A stretch of 64,000 nucleotides of DNA from Escherichia phage Pollock. Numbering within the stretch: position 1 is the first letter of the stretch; each line of letters starts with the position of its first letter. The translations under genes and the position numbers were made by a program. The stretch lies in sequence record NC_027381.1; one strand, written 5' to 3'. Shown here piece after piece: positions 7,380-15,966 of this stretch. Below the pieces are notes generated by a model. It did not search any database and was not told the origin of the DNA. It was given only the letters and a program-made list of their open reading frames with translations.

Positions 7380-7760
7380 ATGTCCATTTTCACTAATGTA
7401 ACTATTACCATTGACCCATTAGGTCATTACGTATCTATACCTCGTGACCGTATCCGTGATTCTTTAGGATACATTCCTCAAATTGTGGAACGTGGAGTAC
7501 GTCAAGCCAAAGATGAAAAAGATGCTGGTTTCTGGATTTGGACAATTTATCAGTATGGTAATCCTCTAAATCCACCTGAAACCAAATTGAAATTTAAAGA
7601 TGGTATTCTGACCTATCCAAAAGAAGAACCAAAATATCCAATAGCTGTTTATCACCTTAATAATGTTGCCGGATTAGATATCCGGTTTTGGCAATATGAA
7701 CATGCTATGACTGTATATACAGTTAATGGTAAAGCAATTTTATTCGGGAGAATGGATTAA
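7380..7760 (+). CDS. Hypothetical protein, 126 aa
   Basis: ORF only; no recognisable motif. Confidence 0.45.
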   Translation: MSIFTNVTITIDPLGHYVSIPRDRIRDSLGYIPQIVERGVRQAKDEKDAGFWIWTIYQYGNPLNPPETKLKFKDGILTYPKEEPKYPIAVYHLNNVAGLDIRFWQYEHAMTVYTVNGKAILFGRMD

Positions 7761-8101
7761 TGATTAAAGTAGGTAATATGGTCAGAATGGTCTTTACTAA
7801 AGACCCAGAACAACATACATCCAATGTAATAATCAAAGGGTTATACATGGATAAAGCATGGGTAATGTATGAACAGTCAGGTAAAGATGAAATTATTGAT
7901 TTAGCTGACGTAAGCTTTGGCAACCCTATTCCAGAAGAACCTGCAAATCATTCTTTTGTAGCCAGAGACTATAGTGGTAATTGGCTATATTGGGACCATA
8001 AAAAAGGTTACTGGTATGAATGCAATGACCCAACACAACACGAAGAACAAGAAGTCTCTTTACCGATTAATCAAAGCAAGCCAACTCAACCCATTTACTA
8101 A
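7760..8101 (+). CDS. Hypothetical protein, 113 aa
   Basis: ORF with ATGA overlap to the upstream gene. Confidence 0.45.
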   Translation: MIKVGNMVRMVFTKDPEQHTSNVIIKGLYMDKAWVMYEQSGKDEIIDLADVSFGNPIPEEPANHSFVARDYSGNWLYWDHKKGYWYECNDPTQHEEQEVSLPINQSKPTQPIY

Positions 8102-8224
8102 AATCTGGTTAAATGGGCGTCATTATGACGTCCATAATGTCTTTGATAAAGGGGAATATATTCAAGCTTACTTATGGACAGGCTGGGTATATTCCCCCTG
8201 CTTATTTAATAAAGAGGATTATAT

Positions 8225-8476
8225 ATGGCATTTAGTAAATTATGGAAAGCTATCCTAGTATTCACTTTTTTGTTAATTGGTAGTGCTTATAGTAAGGAAC
8301 ACACATTAAATCCTATATCTGAAGAAATGGATGTTCAAAGAATCCATGATGATGAAGCAGGCGTTACTTGCTGGATTTTATATGTTCCTAATACATCTAG
8401 ATATCAAATGCCTGACCATTACAGTATGAGTTGTTTACCTAATACTGTAATCAAACCAGAAGCAATTAAAAAATAA
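8225..8476 (+). CDS. Small secreted protein, 83 aa
   Basis: N-terminal signal-peptide-like stretch AILVFTFLLIGSAYS. Confidence 0.4.
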   Translation: MAFSKLWKAILVFTFLLIGSAYSKEHTLNPISEEMDVQRIHDDEAGVTCWILYVPNTSRYQMPDHYSMSCLPNTVIKPEAIKK

Positions 8477-8502
8477 ATAATTAAAACTTATAACTTCATA
8501 CT

Positions 8503-8532
8503 AAGCCTCCTTTTATGGAGGCTTTTAGTTTT
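8503..8532 (+). terminator. Rho-independent terminator
   Basis: aagcctcc-ttttat-ggaggctt stem-loop followed by a T-rich run. Confidence 0.65.
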
Positions 8533-8579
8533 ATACAAATGCTTCTTATACAGGAGCATCTTTATAAAACTATGTAGGA

Positions 8580-9035
8580 TTGGATATGAAAGTTAAACTG
8601 AAAGTACTTCCATTTAATAACACCAATATGAGCTTACCTAAACCAGCAACAGATGGTTCTGCTGGTATTGATTTACGAGCCAATACAGTTATGCCATTCG
8701 AACTTAAACCGGGAGAAACTACTCTGGTAAATACTGGTTTAGCTATCCATCTGGATGATGTTCACTATGCAGGTATGATTTTACCTCGTTCTGGGTTAGG
8801 GCATAAACATGGTATTGTGCTTGGAAATCTTACAGGTCTCATTGATAGTGATTATCAAGGGGAACTGATGGTAAGCCTCTGGAATCGCTCTACAAAGCCT
8901 TTTACTATTAATCCAGGTGACCGTATTGCTCAGTTAGTTATTGTGCCTGTAATGCAGCCTGAATTTGTTATAGTAGACTCTTTTGAAGCTACTGAAAGAG
9001 GCGAAGGTGGTTTCAACTCTACTGGAGTTAAGTGA
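8580..9035 (+). CDS. dut: dUTP pyrophosphatase (dUTPase)
   Basis: Conserved trimeric dUTPase motifs: [33 protein letters not shown], and C-terminal glycine-rich motif. Confidence 0.85.
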   Translation: MDMKVKLKVLPFNNTNMSLPKPATDGSAGIDLRANTVMPFELKPGETTLVNTGLAIHLDDVHYAGMILPRSGLGHKHGIVLGNLTGLIDSDYQGELMVSLWNRSTKPFTINPGDRIAQLVIVPVMQPEFVIVDSFEATERGEGGFNSTGVK

Positions 9036-9208
9036 TGACTGAACCAATGAGTAAGTTTGAGCTAGAAAGACATATCCATAATCTTAAGGAATATGATTCC
9101 AAGATTGCTGGTCATGAATCTGAAGTAGTTCGTCTACAAGAAGAACGTCGAGAGTACATTAATCGACACAATCTTAACAAGATTGCAGAGAAGGTATTTC
9201 CTGCTTAA
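9035..9208 (+). CDS. Small hypothetical protein, 57 aa (hand-called)
   Basis: ATG overlapping the dUTPase stop; charged helical sequence. Confidence 0.3.
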   Translation: MTEPMSKFELERHIHNLKEYDSKIAGHESEVVRLQEERREYINRHNLNKIAEKVFPA

Positions 9209-9234
9209 GCGCCTACGGCGCTCTCTTTGGTTAT
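9209..9234 (+). promoter_or_regulatory. Second-class hairpin motif (TAC loop plus TCTCTTTGG)
   Basis: gcgcc-TAC-ggcgc followed by tctctttggttat; similar elements at 10011 and 18161; function unknown. Confidence 0.3.
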
Positions 9235-9263
9235 AGCTACCTTCGGGTAGCTTTTTATTTTTT
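9235..9263 (+). terminator. Rho-independent terminator
   Basis: agctacc-ttcg-ggtagct stem-loop followed by TTTTTATTTTTT. Confidence 0.75.
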
Positions 9264-9582
9264 GGGGAAAATGATGGCTAAAGAACCAATCTCCAAACTA
9301 TGTATTCCTATTGGAGATAAATATGAAATTACCTCTAATGGGTATTCATATGTATTAGTTGAGAAAAGAACTGTTCAATCAGGAGTTAAAGCTGGGACTA
9401 CTGCTTCCAGTAATGTTGGTTATTTTCAGACTTTAGGTTCTCTTGCTAAACAGTTAATTAATAAAGAAGTATGTGAAACTAACATTACTTCTTTACAACA
9501 ATTAAATGAGCGTATCGAAGAACTAGGTATTGGTATAGCTCAGTTACTTGAACAACTTGTTAAACAAAATGAAGGTAAATGA
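9262..9582 (+). CDS. Hypothetical protein (likely true start ATG at 9271)
   Basis: ORF after a terminator; C-terminal coiled-coil-like sequence. Confidence 0.4.
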   Translation: MGKMMAKEPISKLCIPIGDKYEITSNGYSYVLVEKRTVQSGVKAGTTASSNVGYFQTLGSLAKQLINKEVCETNITSLQQLNERIEELGIGIAQLLEQLVKQNEGK

Positions 9583-10006
9583 AATGGCACTAACCAATGA
9601 ACAAAAGCAAGCACTTGAAATTGTAGCTGACTTGATTAAACAACAAGAGAATCCTCTAGTTGTTTCGGCTGGATTGGCTTTGCTGTTTAAATTGGAAATT
9701 TCCAATATGTCTCCTCGTGAAGTATTGGAACAGATTGGTAAAGAACTTAAAGCTGAACATGACCATGATTCAGGATGTACTTGTCTTGAACGTCATCATT
9801 TCTTATTGAACGTTCTGAACAATCTGGAAAAACAGAAGTTCAATGATGAAGTTACTTATAAATTGTTGAGTACTGCTGAAGATGCTTGGGACACGTTTGA
9901 AGAACGTTATGAACGTATTCCTACTGTTACCTATACACCTTCGCAATTCACCATTCAAACTGGTGTACCGGGTATTTATTTTATTCACCCTGCTGTACAG
10001 AAGTAA
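9548..10006 (+). CDS. Hypothetical protein, about 140 to 152 aa
   Basis: ORF; the start may be the downstream in-frame Met (MALTNEQ). Confidence 0.45.
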   Translation: MNNLLNKMKVNEMALTNEQKQALEIVADLIKQQENPLVVSAGLALLFKLEISNMSPREVLEQIGKELKAEHDHDSGCTCLERHHFLLNVLNNLEKQKFNDEVTYKLLSTAEDAWDTFEERYERIPTVTYTPSQFTIQTGVPGIYFIHPAVQK

Positions 10007-10010
10007 TTCT

Positions 10011-10030
10011 CGCACTTCGTGCGTCTCTTA
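10011..10030 (+). promoter_or_regulatory. Second-class hairpin motif (TTC loop plus TCTCTT)
   Basis: cgcac-TTC-gtgcg followed by tctcttagg, then a terminator-like hairpin. Confidence 0.3.
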
Positions 10031-10053
10031 GGAGTCATTTTGGCTCCTTTTTA
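10031..10053 (+). terminator. Rho-independent terminator
   Basis: ggagtca-ttt-tggctcc stem-loop followed by TTTTT. Confidence 0.6.
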
Positions 10054-10078
10054 TTAACATCTGAAAGAGGAATTTATT

Positions 10079-10528
10079 ATGGGTTTATTTGGTTTTGGTA
10101 AGAAAAAAGTTAGTCAGAAAGTAGAACAAATGCGAGCTACCGCTGGAAAGATGGAAAATAAAGATATCGTTGAAGCAGGTATCGCTGTAATGGTTGGTGT
10201 AGCATTTGCAGATAAATCTTGCTCTGATGAAGAAATTGAAATTCTGGAAAATATCATTGAATCTGATGACACCTTTGCAGAATGGCGTTCTGAAACTCAG
10301 GCAATGACTAATAAATGGATAAGCAAATTCCAGAAATTCCATCGTGGTGCAATGATGGATTTGGAAAAAGAATTTAACGACCTGAAAGGAGACCCTGCTG
10401 GTCAGAAACGTGCTTTGCTGTGTGGTATTGCCGTAGCAGAAGATGATGAAGGCATGGGTGCAGAAGAAAAAGCTTTTCTTGAAAAAGTTGCAGGTTGGGC
10501 AGGCATCCGTTTGGATACTTTACTGTAA
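10079..10528 (+). CDS. TerB-like protein (tellurite-resistance TerB domain)
   Basis: Two-repeat architecture comparable to TerB: AGIAVMVGVAFADKSCSDEEIEILENII and ALLCGIAVAEDDEGMGAEEKAFLEKVA, length about 150 aa. Confidence 0.55.
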   Translation: MGLFGFGKKKVSQKVEQMRATAGKMENKDIVEAGIAVMVGVAFADKSCSDEEIEILENIIESDDTFAEWRSETQAMTNKWISKFQKFHRGAMMDLEKEFNDLKGDPAGQKRALLCGIAVAEDDEGMGAEEKAFLEKVAGWAGIRLDTLL

Positions 10529-10690
10529 ATGGCACTGAAATTACGAGGAATAATAGTAGCCGTATTATTGTTCCTTGTAGTTGCTATCGACTTCACTAGT
10601 AAGGTGATGTCGATACTAGCAGACGGTGTATTAGTTGCTGCTGTAATAGCAATAATGTGGCCTGTATTTAAAAGGACTAACAATGAGTAA
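10529..10690 (+). CDS. Small membrane protein, 53 aa (hand-called)
   Basis: Start overlaps the TerB-like stop; hydrophobic IIVAVLLFLVVAI and VLVAAVIAIMW segments. Confidence 0.3.
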   Translation: MALKLRGIIVAVLLFLVVAIDFTSKVMSILADGVLVAAVIAIMWPVFKRTNNE

Positions 10691-11015
10691 ACCAAAAATT
10701 GAAATTGAAAAGATTGATGCTTTACGTAATGCATTTAATGCAATGTACGTATCTCATCAAGAAATATCTGTAGGTGATATTGTTATTCTACACCCTTCAG
10801 TTCCGGGAATTTTTAAAGTTCCTACTGAAGAACGTCCGGGTATCGTTACTAAATTTCTACCAAAACCAATGTATGCGTATGAAATGGCTGACGATACACG
10901 TCCAAGCCATCCTTCTTCAGCAATACAATATGATTGTGTAATCAATATCATTAATGACGATGGTGAAATTGTTCCATTCTTAATGGATTCTCGTCGCCTC
11001 CTTAAAGTTAATTAA
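10683..11015 (+). CDS. Hypothetical protein, 110 aa
   Basis: ORF; terminator follows at 11021..11050. Confidence 0.45.
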   Translation: MSKPKIEIEKIDALRNAFNAMYVSHQEISVGDIVILHPSVPGIFKVPTEERPGIVTKFLPKPMYAYEMADDTRPSHPSSAIQYDCVINIINDDGEIVPFLMDSRRLLKVN

Positions 11016-11020
11016 TCTAT

Positions 11021-11050
11021 AAGCCTACTTAGTAGTAGGCTTTCATTTTT
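11021..11050 (+). terminator. Rho-independent terminator
   Basis: aagcctact-tagt-agtaggctt stem-loop followed by a T-rich run. Confidence 0.7.
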
Positions 11051-11069
11051 CATCTGTAAAGGTAATCCT

Positions 11070-11153
11070 ATGCGTCCTACAGCTATTAAAAAAGCTATTG
11101 AAAGAGCTTTTGCAGCAGGACTTGTTCCTTTTATTAAAGGTAGTCCGGGTATT
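11070..11153 (+). CDS. MoxR-like AAA+ ATPase, exon 1 (N4 gp24-like)
   Basis: Encodes MRPTAIKKAIERAFAAGLVPFIKGSPGI, ending in the first half of a Walker A motif (GSPGI) right before an in-frame TGA. Confidence 0.65.
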
Positions 11154-11543
11154 TGATTTTACAAGATACCCTAAGCAGTGATGCTTAGTAAAAAATCCCT
11201 TGAATTGCTGGAAACCCTTAAAGCTGAATTAACTACTGCGAGTTGAAAAACAAAGCCAATGTTTAAAAATAATTCAGATATGTAGGCAATCAGCAGCCAA
11301 GCTCCTAAGGTTTAGGATATTAAGCTATGGAGAAGGTTCAACGACTAGGCGTAAGCCGTACACTCAAGTGAGTGGAAGTGGGGGACTCTTTACAAACTTA
11401 CCACCATGGAATACCTTTTGTATTTGCAAAGAAAGGTCTATGTCGTAAATGTAGTAAAGATGAAGATATAGTCTCGTCTTATGTGAAAGCATAAGCTGTT
11501 TAATAAACAGAGGGTAGCTTAACGAACTACCCTGAAGATTACG
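11154..11543 (+). ncRNA. Group I intron, ORF-less (intron 1 of the MoxR-like ATPase gene)
   Basis: Contains td-type core elements: P-like AATTGCTGGAAA, Q-like AATCAGCAGCC, R-like GTTCAACGACTAG, S-like AAGATATAGTCT; 5-prime exon ends in U and intron ends in G; splicing restores Walker A GSPGIGKS. Confidence 0.7.
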
Positions 11544-11786
11544 GGTAAATCTGCAATTATTCGTCAAATTGCAAAAGAAGCTAAATTATTGGTTATTGAC
11601 CTTCGTTTAGGTCAATGTGACCCAACTGATTTATTGGGATTTCCAAATATTGAGAATGGACGGTCTGTATATCATCCACCAAAAGATATTCCAATTATTG
11701 GGGATGAAATTCCTAAAGGATATAACGGTTGGCTGTTATTCCTTGATGAAATGAATACAGCACCTAAAGCTGTTCAGGCTGCTGCT
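11544..11786 (+). CDS. MoxR-like AAA+ ATPase, exon 2
   Basis: Encodes GKSAIIRQIAKEAKLLVIDLRL...GWLLFLDEMNTAPKAVQAAA: Walker A completion plus Walker B LLFLDEMN, matching MoxR LLADEINRAPPKTQSALLE. Confidence 0.7.
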
Positions 11787-12630
11787 TAAATTAATAGGCA
11801 TTTATGGGGGAAACCTCATATCTAAAGCTACTTAAAACGGGGAACTCTTAGTAGTGTATATACACTAAAGACAATCCGTTGCTAAATAGGAATTAAGATG
11901 CAAGAAGTTTGGAAAGCTATTCCCGGATATGAGAAAGAATATGAAATTTCTACTCATGGACGGATTAAGAGTTTAGATAGAGTCGTTCCTTGTAAACATG
12001 GCACTCGCCTTGTTAAAGGAAAATTATTAAAAACCTATATTAATCGAAAAGGGTATTTAATTGTTACTTTATCTAAAGAAAATAAACTGAAAACATATAC
12101 CGTACATCAGTTAGTTGCTCTTACATTTATTCCAAATTTCATTAAAGGCACAGAAATTAATCATAAAGACGGTAATAAATCCAATCCAGTATTAGATAAT
12201 TTAGAAATTAGCAACCCTAGCCATAACCAGTTACATGCTATAGCTACAGGTCTTAAAGCAAAGGTTGGTAAGAGTAAATACCACAATGTAACTTACATTA
12301 AAAACCCACGGGCTAAGAAAAAGTGGGCTGCAAGTATAAGTTATAATGGGGAAAAATCTTTTGGATGGAAAACATTTATGACAGAAGAAGAAGCTGCAAG
12401 ATATGTAGATAAACTTCTTGATGAAATAGGTGATACTTCCCGTTTAAGAAATTTCTAATTAATTCCTTAAATGCCCAACGACTAGTCGAAAGACGTAGGC
12501 TCAAGTGAGTCGAAAAAGTAGCTCCCCAAACAAGTAAAGTTGTGGGGATTGATATAGTCTGCTCTATATAGAAATATATAGCTGGATTAATTATCCGGGT
12601 AATGATTAACGACCATTACTGAACATAAGG
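11787..12630 (+). mobile_element. Group I intron carrying an HNH homing endonuclease (intron 2 of the MoxR-like ATPase gene)
   Basis: R-like CAACGACTAG and S-like GATATAGTCT elements downstream of the HNH ORF; exon ends in U, intron ends in G; splicing yields AVQAAAYKLLDRMVGQT, matching MoxR QSALLEAMQERQVTIGGQT. Confidence 0.7.
11898..12458 (+). CDS. Intron-encoded HNH homing endonuclease
   Basis: N-terminal WKAIPGYEKEYEISTHGRIKS (NUMOD4-like), HNH core HQLVALTF...NHKDGNKSNPVLDNLE...HNQLH, C-terminal AP2-like WAASISYNGEKSFGWKTFMTEEEAARYVD. Confidence 0.8.
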   Translation: MQEVWKAIPGYEKEYEISTHGRIKSLDRVVPCKHGTRLVKGKLLKTYINRKGYLIVTLSKENKLKTYTVHQLVALTFIPNFIKGTEINHKDGNKSNPVLDNLEISNPSHNQLHAIATGLKAKVGKSKYHNVTYIKNPRAKKKWAASISYNGEKSFGWKTFMTEEEAARYVDKLLDEIGDTSRLRNF

Positions 12631-13320
12631 TATAAACTGTTGGACCGTATGGTAGGACAAACCAAATTACATCCTAGTGTTTATATTGCTGCTGCTGGTA
12701 ACAAAGATACAGATGGAGCAATTACTACTACTATGAGTAGTGCAACTCTATCTCGTATTGTTAGTATGGAACTAGAAGTTAACTTTAATGATTGGGCTGT
12801 ATGGGCATTAGCCAATAACATTGACCATCGCATCATGGGATATCTTCAGTTCAAACCAGAAGCATTCCATAAATTTGACCCTAAAAATCTTAAAGAACCT
12901 TTTCCATGCCCACGTACATGGGAGTTCATTAACCGTGCTATTAATGGATTAGATGTATCTTTAAATTCTGATTTGGGTTTATTGTCTGGAATTATTGGTA
13001 ATGGCACTGCTCGTGAATTTATTGAGTATTGTGCTATCTATGGTGAGATTGCTTCCTTTGAAGAAATTATGTCTAATCCAGAAAGCATTGTCATCAAAGA
13101 CAGACCAGACATTAAGTATGCATATGCTGGTTTTGTAGCTTCTCGCATTACCCCTGAAAATGCATCTCAATTAATGAAATTCATTAATCGACTGCCCGTT
13201 GAATTTCAGATTGTAACTTTGAGTAATGCTTTTAAAGCTAAACCTCTCATTTCTCAAGTTCCAGAAATAATGGAATGGATTACTCGTTATGCCAACGAGT
13301 CAGGTGAAGGGATGCTCTAA
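12631..13320 (+). CDS. MoxR-like AAA+ ATPase, exon 3
   Basis: Encodes YKLLDRMVGQTKLHPSVYIAAAGNKDTDGA..., the sensor and C-terminal region of an AAA_5/MoxR ATPase; an in-frame stop lies a few codons upstream of 12631. Confidence 0.7.
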   Translation, partial: YKLLDRMVGQTKLHPSVYIAAAGNKDTDGAITTTMSSATLSRIVSMELEVNFNDWAVWALANNIDHRIMGYLQFKPEAFHKFDPKNLKEPFPCPRTWEFINRAINGLDVSLNSDLGLLSGIIGNGTAREFIEYCAIYGEIASFEEIMSNPESIVIKDRPDIKYAYAGFVASRITPENASQLMKFINRLPVEFQIVTLSNAFKAKPLISQVPEIMEWITRYANESGEGML

Positions 13321-14434
13321 TAAGGAGTTTCCTATGGATAAGAATAAAGCACTGGATTTAGCCAAAGTAGATTTATTTGCCCGTAAACAAAATACTTTTA
13401 TTTGTTCCATCTTTTGCTCACTTCAGCTTAAGTGGGACGATACCATCCCTACAGCTTGTACTGATGGTTTGAGTATCTTGATAAATCCAGATTATTTTAT
13501 GGATTTACCACGTCCAATGCGAGTGACACTTCTTGCTCATGAGACGTGGCATGTTGCTTTAAAACATGTCTTAAGGGTTACGGGAAGAAATCCAAAATTA
13601 TGGAATTATGCTTGTGATTATTACATCAATAATATGCTTGATGATGCTAAGTATGTTATTGGTACTGGTTGGCTATTAGACCATCAGTATGATGGCATGA
13701 GTGCTCCAGAAATCTATAACAAGCTACAAAAATCCAGTAAAAACCTGCCTCAAAATTTATTAGGTATGGATATTAAACCCTGTCCTTCTTCATCAGAAGA
13801 AGCTATTGAATCACAAATTGATTCTATGCTTATTCGTGGCTCTATTGCTGCAAAGCAAGGAGGACAAGCTGGAAGTATCCCCGGAGATATCCAAGCATAT
13901 ATTGATGAGCTTCTGAATCCTAAATTACCTTGGAACGATATTCTCAGAAATTTTATTAATGAGATGACTCGTAATGACTACACTTGGGCTAAACCTAATA
14001 AACGGTATTTGCCTGATATTTATTTACCTTCTCTAAATTCTGAAGGTCTAGAACATATCATTTTTTATACTGATATTTCTGGTTCAGTATCTGATACACA
14101 ATTTGGTGTGTATATCAGTGAAATTCATGCAATTAAAACAACATTGAATCCAAAACGAATTACAGTATGTACGTTCGATACAAAGATTCATGAAGTGTAT
14201 GAATTAGAAGAAGGAGATGATATTAGTAAGTGTACGTTTACAGGTAGAGGAGGTACATCTCTTACTTGTGTGTATGAACATGCTAAGAAAGAGAAACCAG
14301 AACTCATCGTAATATTTTCTGATTTGGATTGTGCTCCAATGAAGGAACAACCTACACCTAATGTCATTTGGGTATGTTTGGACAATCCAACAAAAACAGT
14401 TGATTTTGGTCAACTGATTCATGTGAAAAGTTAA
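13289..14434 (+). CDS. VWA-domain protein with HExxH motif (MoxR partner; N4 gp25-like)
   Basis: HExxH-like LLAHETWHVALKH in the N-terminal half; MIDAS-like FYTDISGSVSD in the C-terminal half; sits directly downstream of the MoxR-like ATPase. Confidence 0.65.
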   Translation: MPTSQVKGCSNKEFPMDKNKALDLAKVDLFARKQNTFICSIFCSLQLKWDDTIPTACTDGLSILINPDYFMDLPRPMRVTLLAHETWHVALKHVLRVTGRNPKLWNYACDYYINNMLDDAKYVIGTGWLLDHQYDGMSAPEIYNKLQKSSKNLPQNLLGMDIKPCPSSSEEAIESQIDSMLIRGSIAAKQGGQAGSIPGDIQAYIDELLNPKLPWNDILRNFINEMTRNDYTWAKPNKRYLPDIYLPSLNSEGLEHIIFYTDISGSVSDTQFGVYISEIHAIKTTLNPKRITVCTFDTKIHEVYELEEGDDISKCTFTGRGGTSLTCVYEHAKKEKPELIVIFSDLDCAPMKEQPTPNVIWVCLDNPTKTVDFGQLIHVKS

Positions 14435-14477
14435 TCTGCATGAGTAGGTAAATTTTAATTTACCTTTCAGATGTTTT

Positions 14478-14506
14478 TGCCCTCTTTGTGAGGGCATCTT
14501 TTTTTG
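14478..14506 (+). terminator. Rho-independent terminator
   Basis: tgccctc-tttgtg-agggca stem-loop followed by TCTTTTTTT. Confidence 0.75.
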
Positions 14507-14516
14507 GAGTTGTCTC

Positions 14517-14921
14517 ATGTTTAATATTCATAAAGCTGTACGTGATGCAGCTAATTCTATGTACCCAAAGAAAATTAAAATGGAAGTACCAAGTAATCTT
14601 CCTTTATCTAATAACCGTTGTCATTACAACGCTGTACAAGCAGTTAAAAATAATTTAGCTGCTGGAATATTAGAAGTAGTTATTATTTATAAAAATGACT
14701 GTACAGTTCATTATGTAAATGTATTACCTAATGGTACTTGTGTAGATTTCACATTAGGAGTCATGTGTATAAATGATGATTATCGTTTTATACGTCATGT
14801 TTCTCCTAATGAATATGACACCATTAATAAAACTTTAAAAAATGCTAAGGATAAGTTATATGCTTCAACCCCTTGGTACATACAGAAATTAATAAAACTT
14901 TCTGGTAAAGATTGGTGTTAA
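14517..14921 (+). CDS. Hypothetical protein, 134 aa
   Basis: ORF; Cys-containing; no recognisable family. Confidence 0.45.
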   Translation: MFNIHKAVRDAANSMYPKKIKMEVPSNLPLSNNRCHYNAVQAVKNNLAAGILEVVIIYKNDCTVHYVNVLPNGTCVDFTLGVMCINDDYRFIRHVSPNEYDTINKTLKNAKDKLYASTPWYIQKLIKLSGKDWC

Positions 14922-15736
14922 TAATGAAAGAACAAGAACAACTTAGAAAAGATATTTCTCGTATCTTTTCAATCTTTAAAGCCAGTGAATGTAAATTACG
15001 TCCTCATTTCATTCTTACTGGAGAAAGTGGTACTGGAAAAACTTTCTTAATTAAGTCTTTAACTGAACAGCATAAAATGGATTATATTGAAATTAATGCT
15101 GCTCAGCTAACTAAAGAAGGTTTATCGGGAAATAGCTTAAGTAAGGCACTTGCTCCTTTACGCCAAGCTAATGGTAATCCTGTCATCTGTTTTGTAGATG
15201 AATTCGATAAATTATTTATCGCAGGGAATAACAATAGTGAATTAGCTCATGAATCTACCAATGGAGTTCAAAACGAATTCCTTAAGATTCTTGAATCTGA
15301 ATGTACTTCTGTATTTGGTGATTATGGTAAATATGTAGATGTTCCTGTAAATAATGTTCTATTTGTATTTGCAGGAGCATTCAATGGTGAACCAAATATC
15401 ACTTTAGATAAGCTACGTACTTTTGGTGTTAAAACTGAATTTTTAGGTCGTGTGGGTTTAGTTTATAACACTGTCAAAATTAGCTTAGAAAGTCTTATTC
15501 AAGTCTTAAAAGATTCAGACACTCTCACTATGTATCTGGATTTATTTCCAGAAGTTAAACGAGAGAAAGCCATCAAAGATATCTCAGCATTTATCAAAGA
15601 TAATTATGAGATGAATACTTTGGGTATTCGTATGGTTAATACGTTAATTACTCAATATTTCATTCAAGATGGAAAACTCACCCGAGATGAAGTTAAAACC
15701 AGTACTTTCCAAAATAAACTTAAATTTGGTGAGTAG
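14912..15736 (+). CDS. AAA+ ATPase, ClpX/HslU-like nucleotide-binding domain
   Basis: Walker A GESGTGKT; TKEGLSGNSL resembles ClpX TEAGYVGEDV; Walker B ICFVDEFDK resembles ClpX IDEIDK. Confidence 0.55.
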   Translation: MVLIMKEQEQLRKDISRIFSIFKASECKLRPHFILTGESGTGKTFLIKSLTEQHKMDYIEINAAQLTKEGLSGNSLSKALAPLRQANGNPVICFVDEFDKLFIAGNNNSELAHESTNGVQNEFLKILESECTSVFGDYGKYVDVPVNNVLFVFAGAFNGEPNITLDKLRTFGVKTEFLGRVGLVYNTVKISLESLIQVLKDSDTLTMYLDLFPEVKREKAIKDISAFIKDNYEMNTLGIRMVNTLITQYFIQDGKLTRDEVKTSTFQNKLKFGE

Positions 15737-15871
15737 TACGTCTAAATCTCCTATTGCATGGGATATCTTTCGTATCCCTTCAAAACATGTATGTCGAACC
15801 AAGAAACGCACTGTAGCCACTATTGCTCGTAATAAGGGTTATCGTGTGATTCCTGTGTTCGGAAGAAGTTA

Positions 15872-15888
15872 AAGCCCCTTCGGGGCTT
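15872..15888 (+). terminator. Hairpin, possible terminator or RNA processing site
   Basis: aagcccc-ttcg-gggctt perfect stem-loop but no clear T-run. Confidence 0.35.
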
Positions 15889-15966
15889 GCCTCGGAAAGA
15901 AAGAGGAATTAATCCTCTTCAAATTAAACTCTATTTTTAATCCCAATCTGAAAAGGTAAATGAAAA

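Noticed and set aside
7974-8258. ORF overlapping the 3-prime end of 7760..8101 and the start of 8225..8476
   Set aside because: Extensive overlap with two neighbouring ORFs in alternative frames; no distinguishing motif; likely spurious.
10402-10734. Minus-strand ORF antisense to the TerB-like gene
   Set aside because: Antisense to a gene with recognisable TerB-like repeats; translation is low complexity.
15669-15872. 67-aa ORF overlapping the end of the ClpX-like ATPase gene
   Set aside because: Overlaps the upstream gene by about 70 nt in another frame; the non-overlapping part is short and basic; kept out of the feature list as too uncertain.
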